In this document: positions 20,045 to 30,617 of the stretch, piece after piece | Layout of the letters: every line of letters begins with the position of its first letter | Numbering within the stretch: the first letter of the stretch is position 1 | DNA from: an uncultured bacterium | Lineage (GTDB): Bacteria > Planctomycetota > UBA8108 > UBA1146 | Direction of reading: 5' to 3' | Assembly (NCBI GenBank): GCA_913056395.1 | Contig: CAJXMG010000001.1 | Location: 119,550-183,549 of the forward strand | Length of the DNA: 64,000 nt | Made by a program: the position numbers and the translations under genes | The notes under the pieces: generated by a model | Seen by the model: the letters and a program-made list of their open reading frames with translations, nothing else | Databases searched by the model: none | What the model was told of the DNA's origin: nothing

Positions 20045-20953
20045 TTGGCCGGGCATGTCCCCGTTCTCCTTGACGAGGTCCTCGATTCTTTGGCCCCGGC
20101 ACCGGGAGAGCATCTTCTGGACCTGACCCTGGGCAGGGCAGGTCATTCTGTGGAAATCCTTCAGCGGACATCTCCTGATGGACGTCTCGTGGGTGTGGAT
20201 CGTGATCCGGTCGCACTCCAGGAGTCGGCCCAGCGATTGCCGGAGGAAAGAGTTCTCCTGATTCAGGGCGACTTCGGCCACCTTCCGGAGTTGCGGGAGA
20301 AGATCGGTCATGAAACGTGGGATCTGATTCTTGCAGATCTGGGCGTTTCATCTCCGCAGATCGATGAGGGGGAGCGAGGGTTTTCTTTTCGCCACGACGG
20401 TCCCCTGGATATGCGCATGGACCCGACGACGGGTGAGACTGCTGCAGAGTACATCGCACGGATTGACGAGGGAGAGTTGGCGCGAATCATCCATGAGTAT
20501 GGAGAAGATCGCCATTCGAGAAGGATCGCAGCGGCGATCATCAGGGCCCAGAAGATCCAGCCACTGGAAACGACCTCCGGGTTGGCAAAGGTCATTCTGG
20601 AGGCGGTTCCCAGAAAAGCGGATCACCATATTCACCCCGCCACCCGCACCTTTCAGGCTTTGAGGATCGAAATCAACAGGGAAATGCCGGCTCTGCAGCA
20701 TCTCCTTGATCGTTGCGGGAATTTGCTCTCTCCGGGAGGGCGTCTGGCGATCCTCAGTTATCACTCTCTGGAAGACCGCAAAGTCAAACAGGCCTTCCGG
20801 AGATTGGTTCGTGAAGGGGATCACGAGCTTGTCACTCCCAAGCCGGTTCGTCCAGGCGAAGAAGAGTTGCAGCGTAATCCGCGGTCGCGATCGGTACGGA
20901 TGCGGGTTCTGAGAAGGTTGCCGGCAGTAAACAGTGGAGGAGCGAATCGATGA
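20045..20953 (+). CDS. rsmH: 16S rRNA (cytosine1402-N4)-methyltransferase
   Basis: HVPVLLDEVL N-terminus and SAM-MTase motifs (DLTLGRAGHS, ILADLGVSSPQID, DMRMD) typical of MraW/RsmH. Confidence 0.85.
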   Translation: MAGHVPVLLDEVLDSLAPAPGEHLLDLTLGRAGHSVEILQRTSPDGRLVGVDRDPVALQESAQRLPEERVLLIQGDFGHLPELREKIGHETWDLILADLGVSSPQIDEGERGFSFRHDGPLDMRMDPTTGETAAEYIARIDEGELARIIHEYGEDRHSRRIAAAIIRAQKIQPLETTSGLAKVILEAVPRKADHHIHPATRTFQALRIEINREMPALQHLLDRCGNLLSPGGRLAILSYHSLEDRKVKQAFRRLVREGDHELVTPKPVRPGEEELQRNPRSRSVRMRVLRRLPAVNSGGANR

Positions 20954-21237
20954 GTCGCAAATCCCTGTGGATGCTGCTTTGGGTTGTCGTCGCCGGTTTT
21001 GGAATGTCATGGGTGGGAATCCAGAAGATGGTCTTGAAAAGAGATGCTTACAAAGGCGCGGATCAACTGAAGGAAACCCAAAGGCTTAATGAGGAGTTGC
21101 AGATCGAAAAGATCCTTCTTGAATCAGCCCTCGTCAGGGAGATGCGACAGGCAGAATTGCGAGAGGCTCTGGTACTCGTGGGGAACTCATTCAGTGAGCA
21201 GGGAGTTCCAACACAGGGAAACTCGGAAGAGCAATGA
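20950..21237 (+). CDS. ftsL: FtsL-like small bitopic division protein
   Basis: 95 aa with an N-terminal TM (LWMLLWVVVAGFGMSWV) followed by a coiled-coil. ATGA overlap with the rsmH stop; sits in the canonical ftsL slot. Confidence 0.5.
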   Translation: MSRKSLWMLLWVVVAGFGMSWVGIQKMVLKRDAYKGADQLKETQRLNEELQIEKILLESALVREMRQAELREALVLVGNSFSEQGVPTQGNSEEQ

Positions 21238-21282
21238 GTGGAAAAATAAATACGCCCGGATAGAGAGTGAACAATCAGTTAA

Positions 21283-23355
21283 ATGATTAGACGAGATCAA
21301 ATCGACGAAGAGACTCAGGGGTTCCCGGTAAATATGTCAGCAGAACCACGCGATGATATGAAACAGCCAAACAAACTCAGCAACATCACTTTTGCAATCA
21401 TCCTGACAGGTTTAACACTGGTATTGGTGAGGTCAGCATGGATGCAACTTTTTCAAAGGGACTATTATCGTGGGGTCCAAGTCGAGGCTCAGTCTCGGAT
21501 TTCTCATGGTGGGGAAAAGCGGGGGCGGATTCTGGATCGAAATGACCAGCCCATGGCCATGGATCGCGAAATCCACAGACTGGCCATCGACCCCGATCAT
21601 TTGTCACACTGTTTTGAATTGAACCTTCAGGATCAAATTCAGCCGAAGAAGTTGTCAGTGGAGGCGATCATCCAAAAACTGGAGAACTCAGGAATTCAAT
21701 TTCTGAGTGATCGTCAGGTGCTGATCGAAGAACTATCTGCAGACATCCAGCACAGCCTTAAAGTACGAAGGAACGGAAAAGGAAATAGAATTAGGTATCG
21801 CCGTTTGGGCGATTTGGCGCCCGATGCGAAGCGTGGAATTCTTGATCAGAGCCTGTCAGAAATCAGCCGTGAATTGGGCAAATGGGTTTTCCCAAAAGTG
21901 GAAACAGAGATGGTCCGGTTTTACCCCTTTGGCACTGTAGGATCGACTTTGATCGGTGAAAAGGGCCGCAGTGAGGGCCTCTGGGGAATGGAGAGTCAGT
22001 TCAATCCAACTTTGCGCAAGGTGAAGAGCCTTGTCAAAGAGCAGATGGCACCCGGGGGCAAGAAGATGGCTCCCAATCGTGAGGCGATCCCGGGCCAGCA
22101 GGGGACAGATGTCCACACCACCATCGACATGACACTGCAGGCAGAACTGGAACATCTCTGCTTTGAAAATTATCAACGAGCCTCGGCGCGTAGTGTTTCC
22201 GCAATGGTGGTCGACCCCTTCACCGGTGAAACTCTGGCCATGGCAACAGTTCCAGGATTGCAGCGAGGTCAAATGACCGAGTTTGCCAATCAGGATCTGA
22301 TCAATGGGAGCCGTGAAGGAATGGAAACGGCTTACGGCCTGATGGCGCGCCTCCAGCGGGTTTCATTGGAACCGGGATCCGTGGTCAAGCCCCTCATTCT
22401 GGCGAGGGCTCTCGAATTGGGAATCCCCCTCGACCTTCCATTGGCTGTGAGGTCCAAAAACCAGAGGATCGATGGTCGCCGTCGACTTTTCCGTGACAGC
22501 AGCCTGCTGAAGGAGAAGACTCCGGAAGGTGCGGTCGTCTTCTCCAGCAACATTGGTATGGTTCTGCTGGGTGTGAAGCATATGAAGAAAAGTGACGTCG
22601 AATCGATTCTCAGGAGATTCGGTTTTGGATCGAAAACCGGCATCGAGTTGCCGGGAGAAGAGTTTGGTCAACTGAAGCCACTTTCAAAGTGGAATCGGTT
22701 TTCCTGGGAGTCGGCCTGCTACGGCTATGAAATGATGGTGACCCCGGTCCAGGTGCTCAGAGCCTACATGGCCATCGCCAATGGGGGATACCTTTTGGAG
22801 CCGACACTACTCAAGAAATCGCAAGATTCACCTGCACCGATCATCCTCAGTGAGAAGGTCGCAGCGGAGTGTCGTCGCGTCCTGGGCCGGGCAGTCTCTG
22901 ACGGTACCGGCAGGCACATCGTCCATCATGTGAGCCCCGAATTGCGGGAGTTGATCCGCGAGGGGAAGTTGCAGATGGCGGGGAAAACCGGCACCACCAA
23001 GTTGATGGACCCGGAAACAGGCCTCTATTCCGAGGACAAGTACAACTCGAGCTTCGTTGGATTTGCACCGGTCGACAATGCCCGCTTCCTGACAGTGGTC
23101 CTCGTGGAGGAGCCTACTCCAGAGGACAACATGTACTACGCCTCCAAATCTGCGGCTCCACTGGGGGCCCAGATCCTGTCGGCGGCCATGAATCTGCCCG
23201 GATTTAACCCCTTTTCGGTGGCATACGATGATCCGCGGGATTCTGAACCATTGATCTTGGCGACCCATGAATCGGCCGATAACCTGAGTCCTTCGGGGAG
23301 TCAGGTGGAGCCGGCCCGGGATTCCGGGCAGGAGGGGGAGCCGGATCGGTGGTAA
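21283..23355 (+). CDS. ftsI: Penicillin-binding protein, class B transpeptidase (FtsI/PBP3-like)
   Basis: N-terminal TM, SAMVVDPFTGETLAMATVP, SxxK (GSVVKP), SxN (FSSNIG) and KTGT (GKTGTTK) motifs. The true start could be a downstream Met. Confidence 0.8.
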   Translation: MIRRDQIDEETQGFPVNMSAEPRDDMKQPNKLSNITFAIILTGLTLVLVRSAWMQLFQRDYYRGVQVEAQSRISHGGEKRGRILDRNDQPMAMDREIHRLAIDPDHLSHCFELNLQDQIQPKKLSVEAIIQKLENSGIQFLSDRQVLIEELSADIQHSLKVRRNGKGNRIRYRRLGDLAPDAKRGILDQSLSEISRELGKWVFPKVETEMVRFYPFGTVGSTLIGEKGRSEGLWGMESQFNPTLRKVKSLVKEQMAPGGKKMAPNREAIPGQQGTDVHTTIDMTLQAELEHLCFENYQRASARSVSAMVVDPFTGETLAMATVPGLQRGQMTEFANQDLINGSREGMETAYGLMARLQRVSLEPGSVVKPLILARALELGIPLDLPLAVRSKNQRIDGRRRLFRDSSLLKEKTPEGAVVFSSNIGMVLLGVKHMKKSDVESILRRFGFGSKTGIELPGEEFGQLKPLSKWNRFSWESACYGYEMMVTPVQVLRAYMAIANGGYLLEPTLLKKSQDSPAPIILSEKVAAECRRVLGRAVSDGTGRHIVHHVSPELRELIREGKLQMAGKTGTTKLMDPETGLYSEDKYNSSFVGFAPVDNARFLTVVLVEEPTPEDNMYYASKSAAPLGAQILSAAMNLPGFNPFSVAYDDPRDSEPLILATHESADNLSPSGSQVEPARDSGQEGEPDRW

Positions 23356-24800
23356 AGGGGAACGGAATATCGCTGATTGATTCCGCGACTGGGGACCTGC
23401 AAGAGGTTCTCGGTGCACCTTTGCTTTCCGGTTCGCAGACCGACTCCTTCAAATGTCTGACCTGGGATGACCGACAGGCTCCCGGAGATCTCTTCATCGC
23501 CATTCGCGGAACGGTTCATGACGGCGCGGCTTCCATCCCACAAATGCTGGAATTGGGAGTCCGTGGCATCATTTCGGAAAATGAGCCTCCCGCCAATCCG
23601 CCGGCAGATCTGACCTGGTGGCAAGTGGAGAATTCACGGGAGGCTTTCGCCCGACTGGTTCACCACGCCTGGGGTGAGCCCGCCGCGCAGATTCCGGTCT
23701 TTGGCATCACTGGGACCAATGGCAAAAGCAGTACGGTTCATCTGTTGGCTTCGATTCTGGATGTCGCAAACATGAACCCGGGTTGGGTAACGACCGTCGA
23801 TCAAAGGATCGCAGGAGCATGTCGAGAGAGTTCCTGCACCACTCCTTCTGCGGATCAGTTGGCTCTCAGTCTTCGTGAACATGTCGAGTCGGGTGGTCGA
23901 TCGATGGTGTTGGAGATCTCCTCCCATGCCATCCATCAACACCGTGTCACGGGAATTCCGCTGGTCGCTGCCGCTGTGACACAGTTGGGGCGCGACCATC
24001 TCGACTATCACGGAACCGTCGAAGAGTACCATGCCGTCAAAAAGGAACTTCGCCATCAAGTCAGGGAGGGGGGCGTTTTCCTGCTTCCCGATCACGTAGA
24101 CAAGGACACGGTGGCATTCGAGGATCTTTTTACGGGCCGACGCTGGACCGGCAAGGTTCTTCAACAGAATGCAAAAGGGGTGCGGGCTATCCTTCAGGGT
24201 GCTGATTGGGAGTTCGAACTGAATTGGAACCGGCCTGCACGCCACGATCTTTCGAATGCTTTGTGTGCTACTGTTCTCGCCGATTCCGCAGGGATATCTG
24301 TTGCCTGTATTCGGGAGGGATTGGTGAGTGCCAAGCCAGTTCCCGGTCGGATGGAAGAAGTTTCCCGGGGAGTCTTCGTCGATTATGCGCACACTCCTGA
24401 CGCTCTCGAATCGGCGTTGAAAGTGTGTCGTGAGATTTGCCGTGGAGAATTGAGAGTCCTCTTTGGTTGCGGGGGGGACCGTGATCAGGGGAAGCGATCA
24501 CAAATGGGCAAGGTGGCTGCGGATCATGCGGATGCCATTTTTCTCACCGATGACAATCCCCGATCAGAGTCCTCCGATCAGATCCTTGAGCAGATCCTCG
24601 TCGGTGTGGGGGATCATCCCCGGGTAGAGAAAAATACGGACAGGCGTCAAGCCATCGGGACAGCCCTTCAGAACCTTCGTGAAGAAGACATCCTGTTGAT
24701 CGCCGGAAAAGGTCATGAAACCACGCAGGAGATCAGGGGGGAGAAGTTTCCCTTCGACGACTGTGAAGTGGTCAGGGATTGGCTGGGGGTGACCACGTGA
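23349..24800 (+). CDS. murE: UDP-N-acetylmuramoyl-L-alanyl-D-glutamate--2,6-diaminopimelate ligase
   Basis: Mur ligase P-loop (GITGTNGKSST) and MurE-type N-terminal domain (DSFKCLTWDDRQAPGDLFIAIRG). Sits in the dcw slot after ftsI. Confidence 0.8.
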   Translation: MVKGNGISLIDSATGDLQEVLGAPLLSGSQTDSFKCLTWDDRQAPGDLFIAIRGTVHDGAASIPQMLELGVRGIISENEPPANPPADLTWWQVENSREAFARLVHHAWGEPAAQIPVFGITGTNGKSSTVHLLASILDVANMNPGWVTTVDQRIAGACRESSCTTPSADQLALSLREHVESGGRSMVLEISSHAIHQHRVTGIPLVAAAVTQLGRDHLDYHGTVEEYHAVKKELRHQVREGGVFLLPDHVDKDTVAFEDLFTGRRWTGKVLQQNAKGVRAILQGADWEFELNWNRPARHDLSNALCATVLADSAGISVACIREGLVSAKPVPGRMEEVSRGVFVDYAHTPDALESALKVCREICRGELRVLFGCGGDRDQGKRSQMGKVAADHADAIFLTDDNPRSESSDQILEQILVGVGDHPRVEKNTDRRQAIGTALQNLREEDILLIAGKGHETTQEIRGEKFPFDDCEVVRDWLGVTT

Positions 24801-26236
24801 AGCCGATTTCACTTTCAGCCCTTGTTTCCCGATTGCGAACCCCCGTCCAGAGTGGCGACGCTTCCCTGGCGGGAATCGATGTGAAAGTTCACTCCAGCTC
24901 CCACAAGGATGGGGGTGAAGTGACGATCACCGGATTCGCCCTGGACAGCCGGCATGTGAAGCCAGGCTTCGCCTTTCTCGCATTTCAGGGGGACAATTGT
25001 CATGGACTCGATTTTGCTGAACAGGCGATAGCGTCGGGGGCCTGCCTGGCGATCTCTGAACCTGGATACGATCGGGAACTCCCGATACCCCTTTTGGAAA
25101 TCCCGGACCTGCGTCAGGGGTTACGTCACTTGGCTACCGCAGAGCAGGTACCGGCTCCCGGCAAGCCCAAAACTGTAGCGGTCACCGGGAGTGTTGGAAA
25201 AACGACGACCTGTCAACTGGGGTCTGCATTGAGTAGCAGTCTCTACTCGACCCACTCGCCCAGAAACTCTTTCAATAATTTCCTCGGCGTCCCCATCACC
25301 ATTCTCGAAGCCTCCGCAGAGACAGAAGTTCTGTGGCTGGAGATGGGAACCAACGAGCCCGGCGAAATTTCGGGATTGGCAGCGATGGGGCAACCGGACA
25401 TTGCGGTGGTTACCGCAGTGGGGGCGACCCATCTGGAGAAGTTGCAGAGTACCGAAGGTGTTTTCCGGGAAAAATTTTCCCTCTTTGATCAGGCCGGAAT
25501 TCAAAGGGCTGTTGCCCCGATTCAATATCGATTTGATTCGATGCCTGTGCCCTGTTGGTGGACAGGGCCGGGAGGAGATGTGGAAATCCAGCCGATTATA
25601 TCCTTGCCGGGAAGGTATCGTTTCGAGCATCGCCCTCAAGGTTTGATCTTCGAATTCGAAACAACGTTACAGGGAACAGGTTCACTTCGCTGTCTCGAGT
25701 CTGCGATCACCGTGGCGTTGGAGTTGGGGATTCCTGTCGAAAAAATACGTGCTTCAACTCCACTCCTCGAGCTTCCTCGCCTTCGCCAGGAACTGTATTC
25801 CATCGATGGTGTGGAGTTGGTGCTCGATTGTTACAACGCTTCACCCCCTTCCGTTGAGGGGGCAATCGCAGACTTAAGTTCCACTTCTGCTTCCCGCAAA
25901 ATGGCTGTCCTCGGCACCATGGAGGAGTTGGGAGCCGACGAGGCGGAATACCATCGGCAAATGGGACAGGCTTGTGCCAATGCGGGACTCGACCATCTTT
26001 GGTGTGTGGGGCGAGGCGCACAGTGGTTGCATGAAGGGGCCCAATCTGCGGGTGGGGCGTCTTCAATCCTTTCCAGAGATGATCACGGTTTGGCCTGCCT
26101 CCTATCAGAGTTGCAGTCTGGGGACCGAGTGCTCTTCAAGGCTTCCAGAAAGGAAGCTCTCGAATCTCTTGCTCATGATTTAAAGAATCGAATGGAAGAG
26201 CGGCTTGCCATGGCGAAGGGGGGACCCCAGGAATGA
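24779..26236 (+). CDS. murF: UDP-N-acetylmuramoyl-tripeptide--D-alanyl-D-alanine ligase
   Basis: FALDSRHVKPGFAFLAFQGDNCHG N-domain and P-loop (VTGSVGKTTT). Start is TTG 24779, or GTG 24797 which overlaps the murE TGA as GTGA. Confidence 0.8.
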   Translation: MAGGDHVKPISLSALVSRLRTPVQSGDASLAGIDVKVHSSSHKDGGEVTITGFALDSRHVKPGFAFLAFQGDNCHGLDFAEQAIASGACLAISEPGYDRELPIPLLEIPDLRQGLRHLATAEQVPAPGKPKTVAVTGSVGKTTTCQLGSALSSSLYSTHSPRNSFNNFLGVPITILEASAETEVLWLEMGTNEPGEISGLAAMGQPDIAVVTAVGATHLEKLQSTEGVFREKFSLFDQAGIQRAVAPIQYRFDSMPVPCWWTGPGGDVEIQPIISLPGRYRFEHRPQGLIFEFETTLQGTGSLRCLESAITVALELGIPVEKIRASTPLLELPRLRQELYSIDGVELVLDCYNASPPSVEGAIADLSSTSASRKMAVLGTMEELGADEAEYHRQMGQACANAGLDHLWCVGRGAQWLHEGAQSAGGASSILSRDDHGLACLLSELQSGDRVLFKASRKEALESLAHDLKNRMEERLAMAKGGPQE

Positions 26237-27399
26237 GTTCCTCTACCGAGATGACTTCCATCACTTCTGCAGATGGCCGATTGCAACCGGCCAAACAGAG
26301 AGTGCCGATCTTTGCTTCTCTGGTTTTCTTGTTGATCATCGGATCCATCGCCCTGTTCAGTGCCACCAGTTATCGTTCAGAGGTTCAGCATGATGACGTC
26401 TGGCAGATGTGGGCGGGTCAATTCAGAGGGTACACTCTTGGCCTGCTATTTTTTATGATCGGTTACTTCGTCTCTCCGCGTCGTTGGTTAACCTCGGGAG
26501 CGAGTGTGAGCCTTGCAGTGGTTCTGGTTCTACTTCTTTTGGGAACCAAATTCTCGCCGATGGGGATTGAGAGAAATGATGCCCAGCGTTGGTTAAAGAT
26601 TGGCAGTCTCGTTTTTCAGCCGTCGGAGTTGGCCAAGTTTGTTCTTCCGGTTTTACTTATCTATCTCACTGGGCCGTGGAAGTTTCAGGGCAATCCCCTG
26701 AATCCGCCGAGTAATACTCCCCGGTATATCCTTTCTGTGGGCCTGATTTTCTTCCCCCTGTTTCTTATCCTGATCCAGCCGGATCTCGGAACCACCGTCG
26801 TCGTCGGAGGCCTCTGCCTGATTCCGATTTCCAGATCCCGACGGCTCCGCCGTTTGGTCAGCATGGGTGCGGTCGGACTCATGGCGATCCTCCTTTTGAC
26901 TCAGACTTCCCGATTCCCTGAGTTCGGAGAGCGATTCAGGGCGATCTGGGACCCCCAGTCAGTGGATCAGGTTTGGGCCGGTTTCCAGTCCATCGGCAGT
27001 GGTGGACTCTTTGGCAGGGGGCTTGGTGAAGGCGCAGGGAAATTGGGTTATCTGCCTTCCGCATACAACGATTTCATCTTTGCTGTCTACGCAGAAGAGA
27101 CCGGGTTCGTTGGAGTGACAGTGGTGGTGGTGCTCTTCGGTACGCTGCTGTGGTGTGGCCGCAAGCTCTGGCAGTCACTGGAAGACGATGATCTTTCATT
27201 GCTGGCGATGGTGTTGACTCTGGCCATCACCGGACAGGCCGCATTGAATATCATGGTCAATCTGGCCTTGCTCCCGACCAAAGGAATTGCTTTGCCCTTT
27301 TTCTCCCATGGATCCACGGGATTGGCGGTATTCATGGGCATGTCAGGTGTGCTCTTGGCCCTGACACGATGTCGTGGCAAGGAGGTCTTGCCGGCATGA
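26233..27399 (+). CDS. ftsW: SEDS-family peptidoglycan glycosyltransferase FtsW
   Basis: ~10 TM helices and SEDS motifs (GSGGLFGRGLGEG, LPSAYNDFIFAVYAEETGFVG, LPTKGIALPFFSHGSTG). ATGA overlap with murF. Confidence 0.8.
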   Translation: MSSSTEMTSITSADGRLQPAKQRVPIFASLVFLLIIGSIALFSATSYRSEVQHDDVWQMWAGQFRGYTLGLLFFMIGYFVSPRRWLTSGASVSLAVVLVLLLLGTKFSPMGIERNDAQRWLKIGSLVFQPSELAKFVLPVLLIYLTGPWKFQGNPLNPPSNTPRYILSVGLIFFPLFLILIQPDLGTTVVVGGLCLIPISRSRRLRRLVSMGAVGLMAILLLTQTSRFPEFGERFRAIWDPQSVDQVWAGFQSIGSGGLFGRGLGEGAGKLGYLPSAYNDFIFAVYAEETGFVGVTVVVVLFGTLLWCGRKLWQSLEDDDLSLLAMVLTLAITGQAALNIMVNLALLPTKGIALPFFSHGSTGLAVFMGMSGVLLALTRCRGKEVLPA

Positions 27400-28502
27400 A
27401 TCGCAGAATCCTCATCGTGGGCGGCCATACGGGTGGGCATCTTTATCCGGCGGAGTCTCTCGCCAGAGAGTTGATAGTCGGGGGAGTGGGAACTCCGGTA
27501 TTGCTGGATCATCAGCGACCTCTTGAACAACGGGTGTTCAACGATGAAGGAATGGAAAAAGTTCTCGCTCCATGGCATGCAAAGGGGCGATTTGCGTTTG
27601 TCTCCTCCTTGCCAGCCGCCATTAAATTTTTGAGACAGCAGAAGATCTCCGCAGTGGTCGGTTTTGGTGCCTTCCCTTCTGTGATCGCCGGGTTGGCAGC
27701 AAAGTGTCTCAGGATTCCCCTCTATCTTCATGAACAGAACCGGGTGATGGGATTGGCAAACAGGATCCTTGCCCCGCTGGCGGAGAAAGTTTTTCTCTCC
27801 TCTCCACTCGTTTCCCCTTCCAGAAATCTGCGCTCAAAAAGCGCAATTCTGGGTTGCCCGATCCGGCCAGAGTTTCAGCCTTGCGAAGCCCCCGACACAC
27901 CCCTGCGTTGCTTGATTCTCGGCGGAAGTCAGGGAGCGGAAGAGGTCAATCACCGGATTCTTGCTGCCGCAGATTTCCTCAAGCCGGAGTTGAAGCAGAA
28001 TCTCAAGGTCGTTCACATGGCGAGCGAGCCGAACACTCAGCAAGTCAGGAAGGCCTGGAGTGACAAGGGCTTCAGTGCCCGTGTAGAACCCTACCTTCCC
28101 GAGATGTTTAAAGAGATGTCACAATCCCATCTGGTGATCTCGCGAGCGGGGGCATCGACATTGGCGGAGTTGACAGCAGTGGGTCGTGGAGGAATCTTCC
28201 TTCCGTATCAGAATCATGCAGATCAACACCAACTTCATAACGCCCGATTCCTAGAAGAATGGGGTGCCGGAATCGTATTGGATTCTGGCACTACAGCGGA
28301 ACACTTCGCCGAGATTCTGGAAAAAGCATTGTTGAATGGCCTATGGCGCGAGTATTCGAGTCGGGCTGGCGAGTTGGGCCGCCCCCGGGCGGCGACCGCC
28401 ATCAGTGAAACGATTCGTATCCATCTGGACGCACGGGAGGGACGTTCCTTTTCCGATCGTCCTGGAGAGCCAGCCTTGTTACGGAATGAGGTGGAAGCCT
28501 GA
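27369..28502 (+). CDS. murG: Undecaprenyldiphospho-muramoylpentapeptide beta-N-acetylglucosaminyltransferase
   Basis: N-terminal GGHTGGHLYPA motif and a GT28 C-terminal domain (ISRAGASTLAEL). Confidence 0.8.
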   Translation: MSWQGGLAGMNRRILIVGGHTGGHLYPAESLARELIVGGVGTPVLLDHQRPLEQRVFNDEGMEKVLAPWHAKGRFAFVSSLPAAIKFLRQQKISAVVGFGAFPSVIAGLAAKCLRIPLYLHEQNRVMGLANRILAPLAEKVFLSSPLVSPSRNLRSKSAILGCPIRPEFQPCEAPDTPLRCLILGGSQGAEEVNHRILAAADFLKPELKQNLKVVHMASEPNTQQVRKAWSDKGFSARVEPYLPEMFKEMSQSHLVISRAGASTLAELTAVGRGGIFLPYQNHADQHQLHNARFLEEWGAGIVLDSGTTAEHFAEILEKALLNGLWREYSSRAGELGRPRAATAISETIRIHLDAREGRSFSDRPGEPALLRNEVEA

Positions 28503-29185
28503 TGGGTGCGTTGATCCGCTGGACTCTGGTGCTGGGAATACTCTTTTTCGGGGTCAGTGGAACCATCGATTGGTGGACTCCCGTGGTCGTGCCTTCGTCC
28601 AATGCCATCAGTGATCGCTCCGTTTCAAGAGTCGATCTAGTTTGGGTTTCCGATTCCGGGACCGGTGAGGTTTCGACGGAGCGTGGGGAACAACGAGAGA
28701 TTCTTCCGGAAAGGCTGGAACCCGGGCCGGGTCAATATCGGGGAGGGATCGTCGATCTTGATGAACCTTCAGATCCCATGATTTCCGGGGGCCGTCAGCA
28801 AACGCAATCGAGGGTCTATTCCGTTCAGCAGGGGGACACACTGGGAGAGATCGCTCAGCGATTTTTGGGCTCTGTGGGGGTTGGCACCCGAAAGCTCCGA
28901 GAACTGAATCCCGAGATTCCCGAGAACGGCATGATCAGGGTCGGGCAGGAATTGTTGATTCCAGCGGTAGTTTCCACGCCTTCTCCAAAGGCTCCCCCGG
29001 TTCAGACACAAACACCGATTTCACCCAGGATTCATGTGGTTCAGGAGGGCGATACCCTCTCCGCAATTACCCGCAAATATTTGGGGCATGAAAACTTCAG
29101 CGAGATTCTGAGTGCCAACCGGGATATCCTCTCCGATCCGAACCAACTCAAGCCAGGTTTGAGATTGAGGATTCCGAATGATTGA
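28502..29185 (+). CDS. Membrane-anchored protein with two LysM domains
   Basis: N-terminal TM (LIRWTLVLGILFFGVSG). Two LysM repeats (YSVQQGDTLGEIAQRFLG...LNPEI; HVVQEGDTLSAITRKYLG...ANRDIL). TGATG overlap with the murG stop, and an 8-nt overlap with the murC start. Confidence 0.7.
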   Translation: MGALIRWTLVLGILFFGVSGTIDWWTPVVVPSSNAISDRSVSRVDLVWVSDSGTGEVSTERGEQREILPERLEPGPGQYRGGIVDLDEPSDPMISGGRQQTQSRVYSVQQGDTLGEIAQRFLGSVGVGTRKLRELNPEIPENGMIRVGQELLIPAVVSTPSPKAPPVQTQTPISPRIHVVQEGDTLSAITRKYLGHENFSEILSANRDILSDPNQLKPGLRLRIPND

Positions 29186-30617
29186 ATCCCATGAGAGGCG
29201 CACAAGGATGCCGGCACAGAAAAACCAAGGGACTGATTCTCCTCAAAATGAGTGGATTCATGTCATTGGTGTCGGCGGCAGTGCGACCCGAGGTTTGGCC
29301 TGCATGCTTCGTCGCCAAGGGCATCCCGTTTCTGGCAGTGATCAGGATCCCGATTCCCGGAGTATTCTGGAAGAACATGGGGTGATCTTCTACGAAGGCC
29401 ATGCCGCTTCAAACCTAGCTCAAGAAGTGCAGACGGTCGTTCATACCCGTGCAATTCACCCTTCCAACCCGGAGTTGCTGGAGGCTCACAAGAGGTCGGG
29501 AGTAAAGATCTACACCTACAGCGAATATCTGGGTTTGATCTCCGAACGCCTGTCGACGATCGCAGTGGCGGGAACCCACGGGAAAACCTCTACCACGGCC
29601 TGTTTGTTCAGTGTTTTTCAGGCTGCAAAAAGGGATCCTTCCCTGATCGTGGGGGGAGAGGTGGTCCAGATTCAAGCCGGTTGGCATCAAGGAGAGGGAA
29701 CCGAGTTTCTGGTTGAGGCTTGCGAGTTTGACAAGGCGTTCCTCGACCTGAAGCCAAAGGCTGCAATCATCACCAATGTGGATTTGGATCACCCCGAGAT
29801 CTACAAAGATCTCGAATCGGTGAGGCAAACTTTCCGTGAATTTCTCGCCAATCTTTCTGACGGTTCCTGGGTGGTTTGCCCCATCGAGGTCAAGGAGGCT
29901 CTCAAAGTCGACGATCGACTGAGGTGGCGTACCTTCGGTATGGAAAACAATGCAGATTTGCAGCTGAAGGAAAGTGTCAGTACTGCAGGCTCTACAAAGG
30001 TTCTGTGGAGTTGGGCAGACGGCAGGGTGTTTTCTGCCACCCTCAATGTTCCCGGTGCCCACACCAGATCCAATGCTTCCGCGGTGGTGGCGCTGGCGGA
30101 TGCCCTGAATATCTCATCTGAAGAGATGGCCCGCGGCCTTGAAAACTACCGGGGAGTTTGCCGGAGATTTGAGAAGCGAGAAATTCTCCCGGGGATTGAG
30201 TGGATCGAAGACTATGCGCATCATCCAGAAGAGGTTCGTGCCACGCTGGAGACCGCTCGGGAGGTCTACCCCCATCAGCGACTTCACGCACTTTTCCAAC
30301 CGCATCAGGCGACTCGATTGAGTGCCTTCAGTAAAGGCTTTGCTGAGGAGTTGTCCCGAGCAGATCAGGTGACTCTTTTGCCAATTTTTTCAGTTCGTGA
30401 AGAATTAGACCAGTTTCCAGAGGACCTTGTCGATCAACTGGCTTTGAAAATCCGTCAAAAGGGCAAAGAGTGTCAGGTCACGGATTTTGAAAAAGCGGTT
30501 TCAGAATTGCCCAAACATCTCCAATCAGGAGATGTACTGATCTCCATCGGTGCAGGGAATGTGTACCAGGTTGGTAATCTCGTTCGAGAGAACCAGCGCA
30601 GGCAGGTGACACAATGA
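29178..30617 (+). CDS. murC: UDP-N-acetylmuramate--L-alanine ligase
   Basis: IHVIGVGGSATRGLA (MurC N-terminal Rossmann) and P-loop (VAGTHGKTSTT). Confidence 0.8.
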   Translation: MIESHERRTRMPAQKNQGTDSPQNEWIHVIGVGGSATRGLACMLRRQGHPVSGSDQDPDSRSILEEHGVIFYEGHAASNLAQEVQTVVHTRAIHPSNPELLEAHKRSGVKIYTYSEYLGLISERLSTIAVAGTHGKTSTTACLFSVFQAAKRDPSLIVGGEVVQIQAGWHQGEGTEFLVEACEFDKAFLDLKPKAAIITNVDLDHPEIYKDLESVRQTFREFLANLSDGSWVVCPIEVKEALKVDDRLRWRTFGMENNADLQLKESVSTAGSTKVLWSWADGRVFSATLNVPGAHTRSNASAVVALADALNISSEEMARGLENYRGVCRRFEKREILPGIEWIEDYAHHPEEVRATLETAREVYPHQRLHALFQPHQATRLSAFSKGFAEELSRADQVTLLPIFSVREELDQFPEDLVDQLALKIRQKGKECQVTDFEKAVSELPKHLQSGDVLISIGAGNVYQVGNLVRENQRRQVTQ

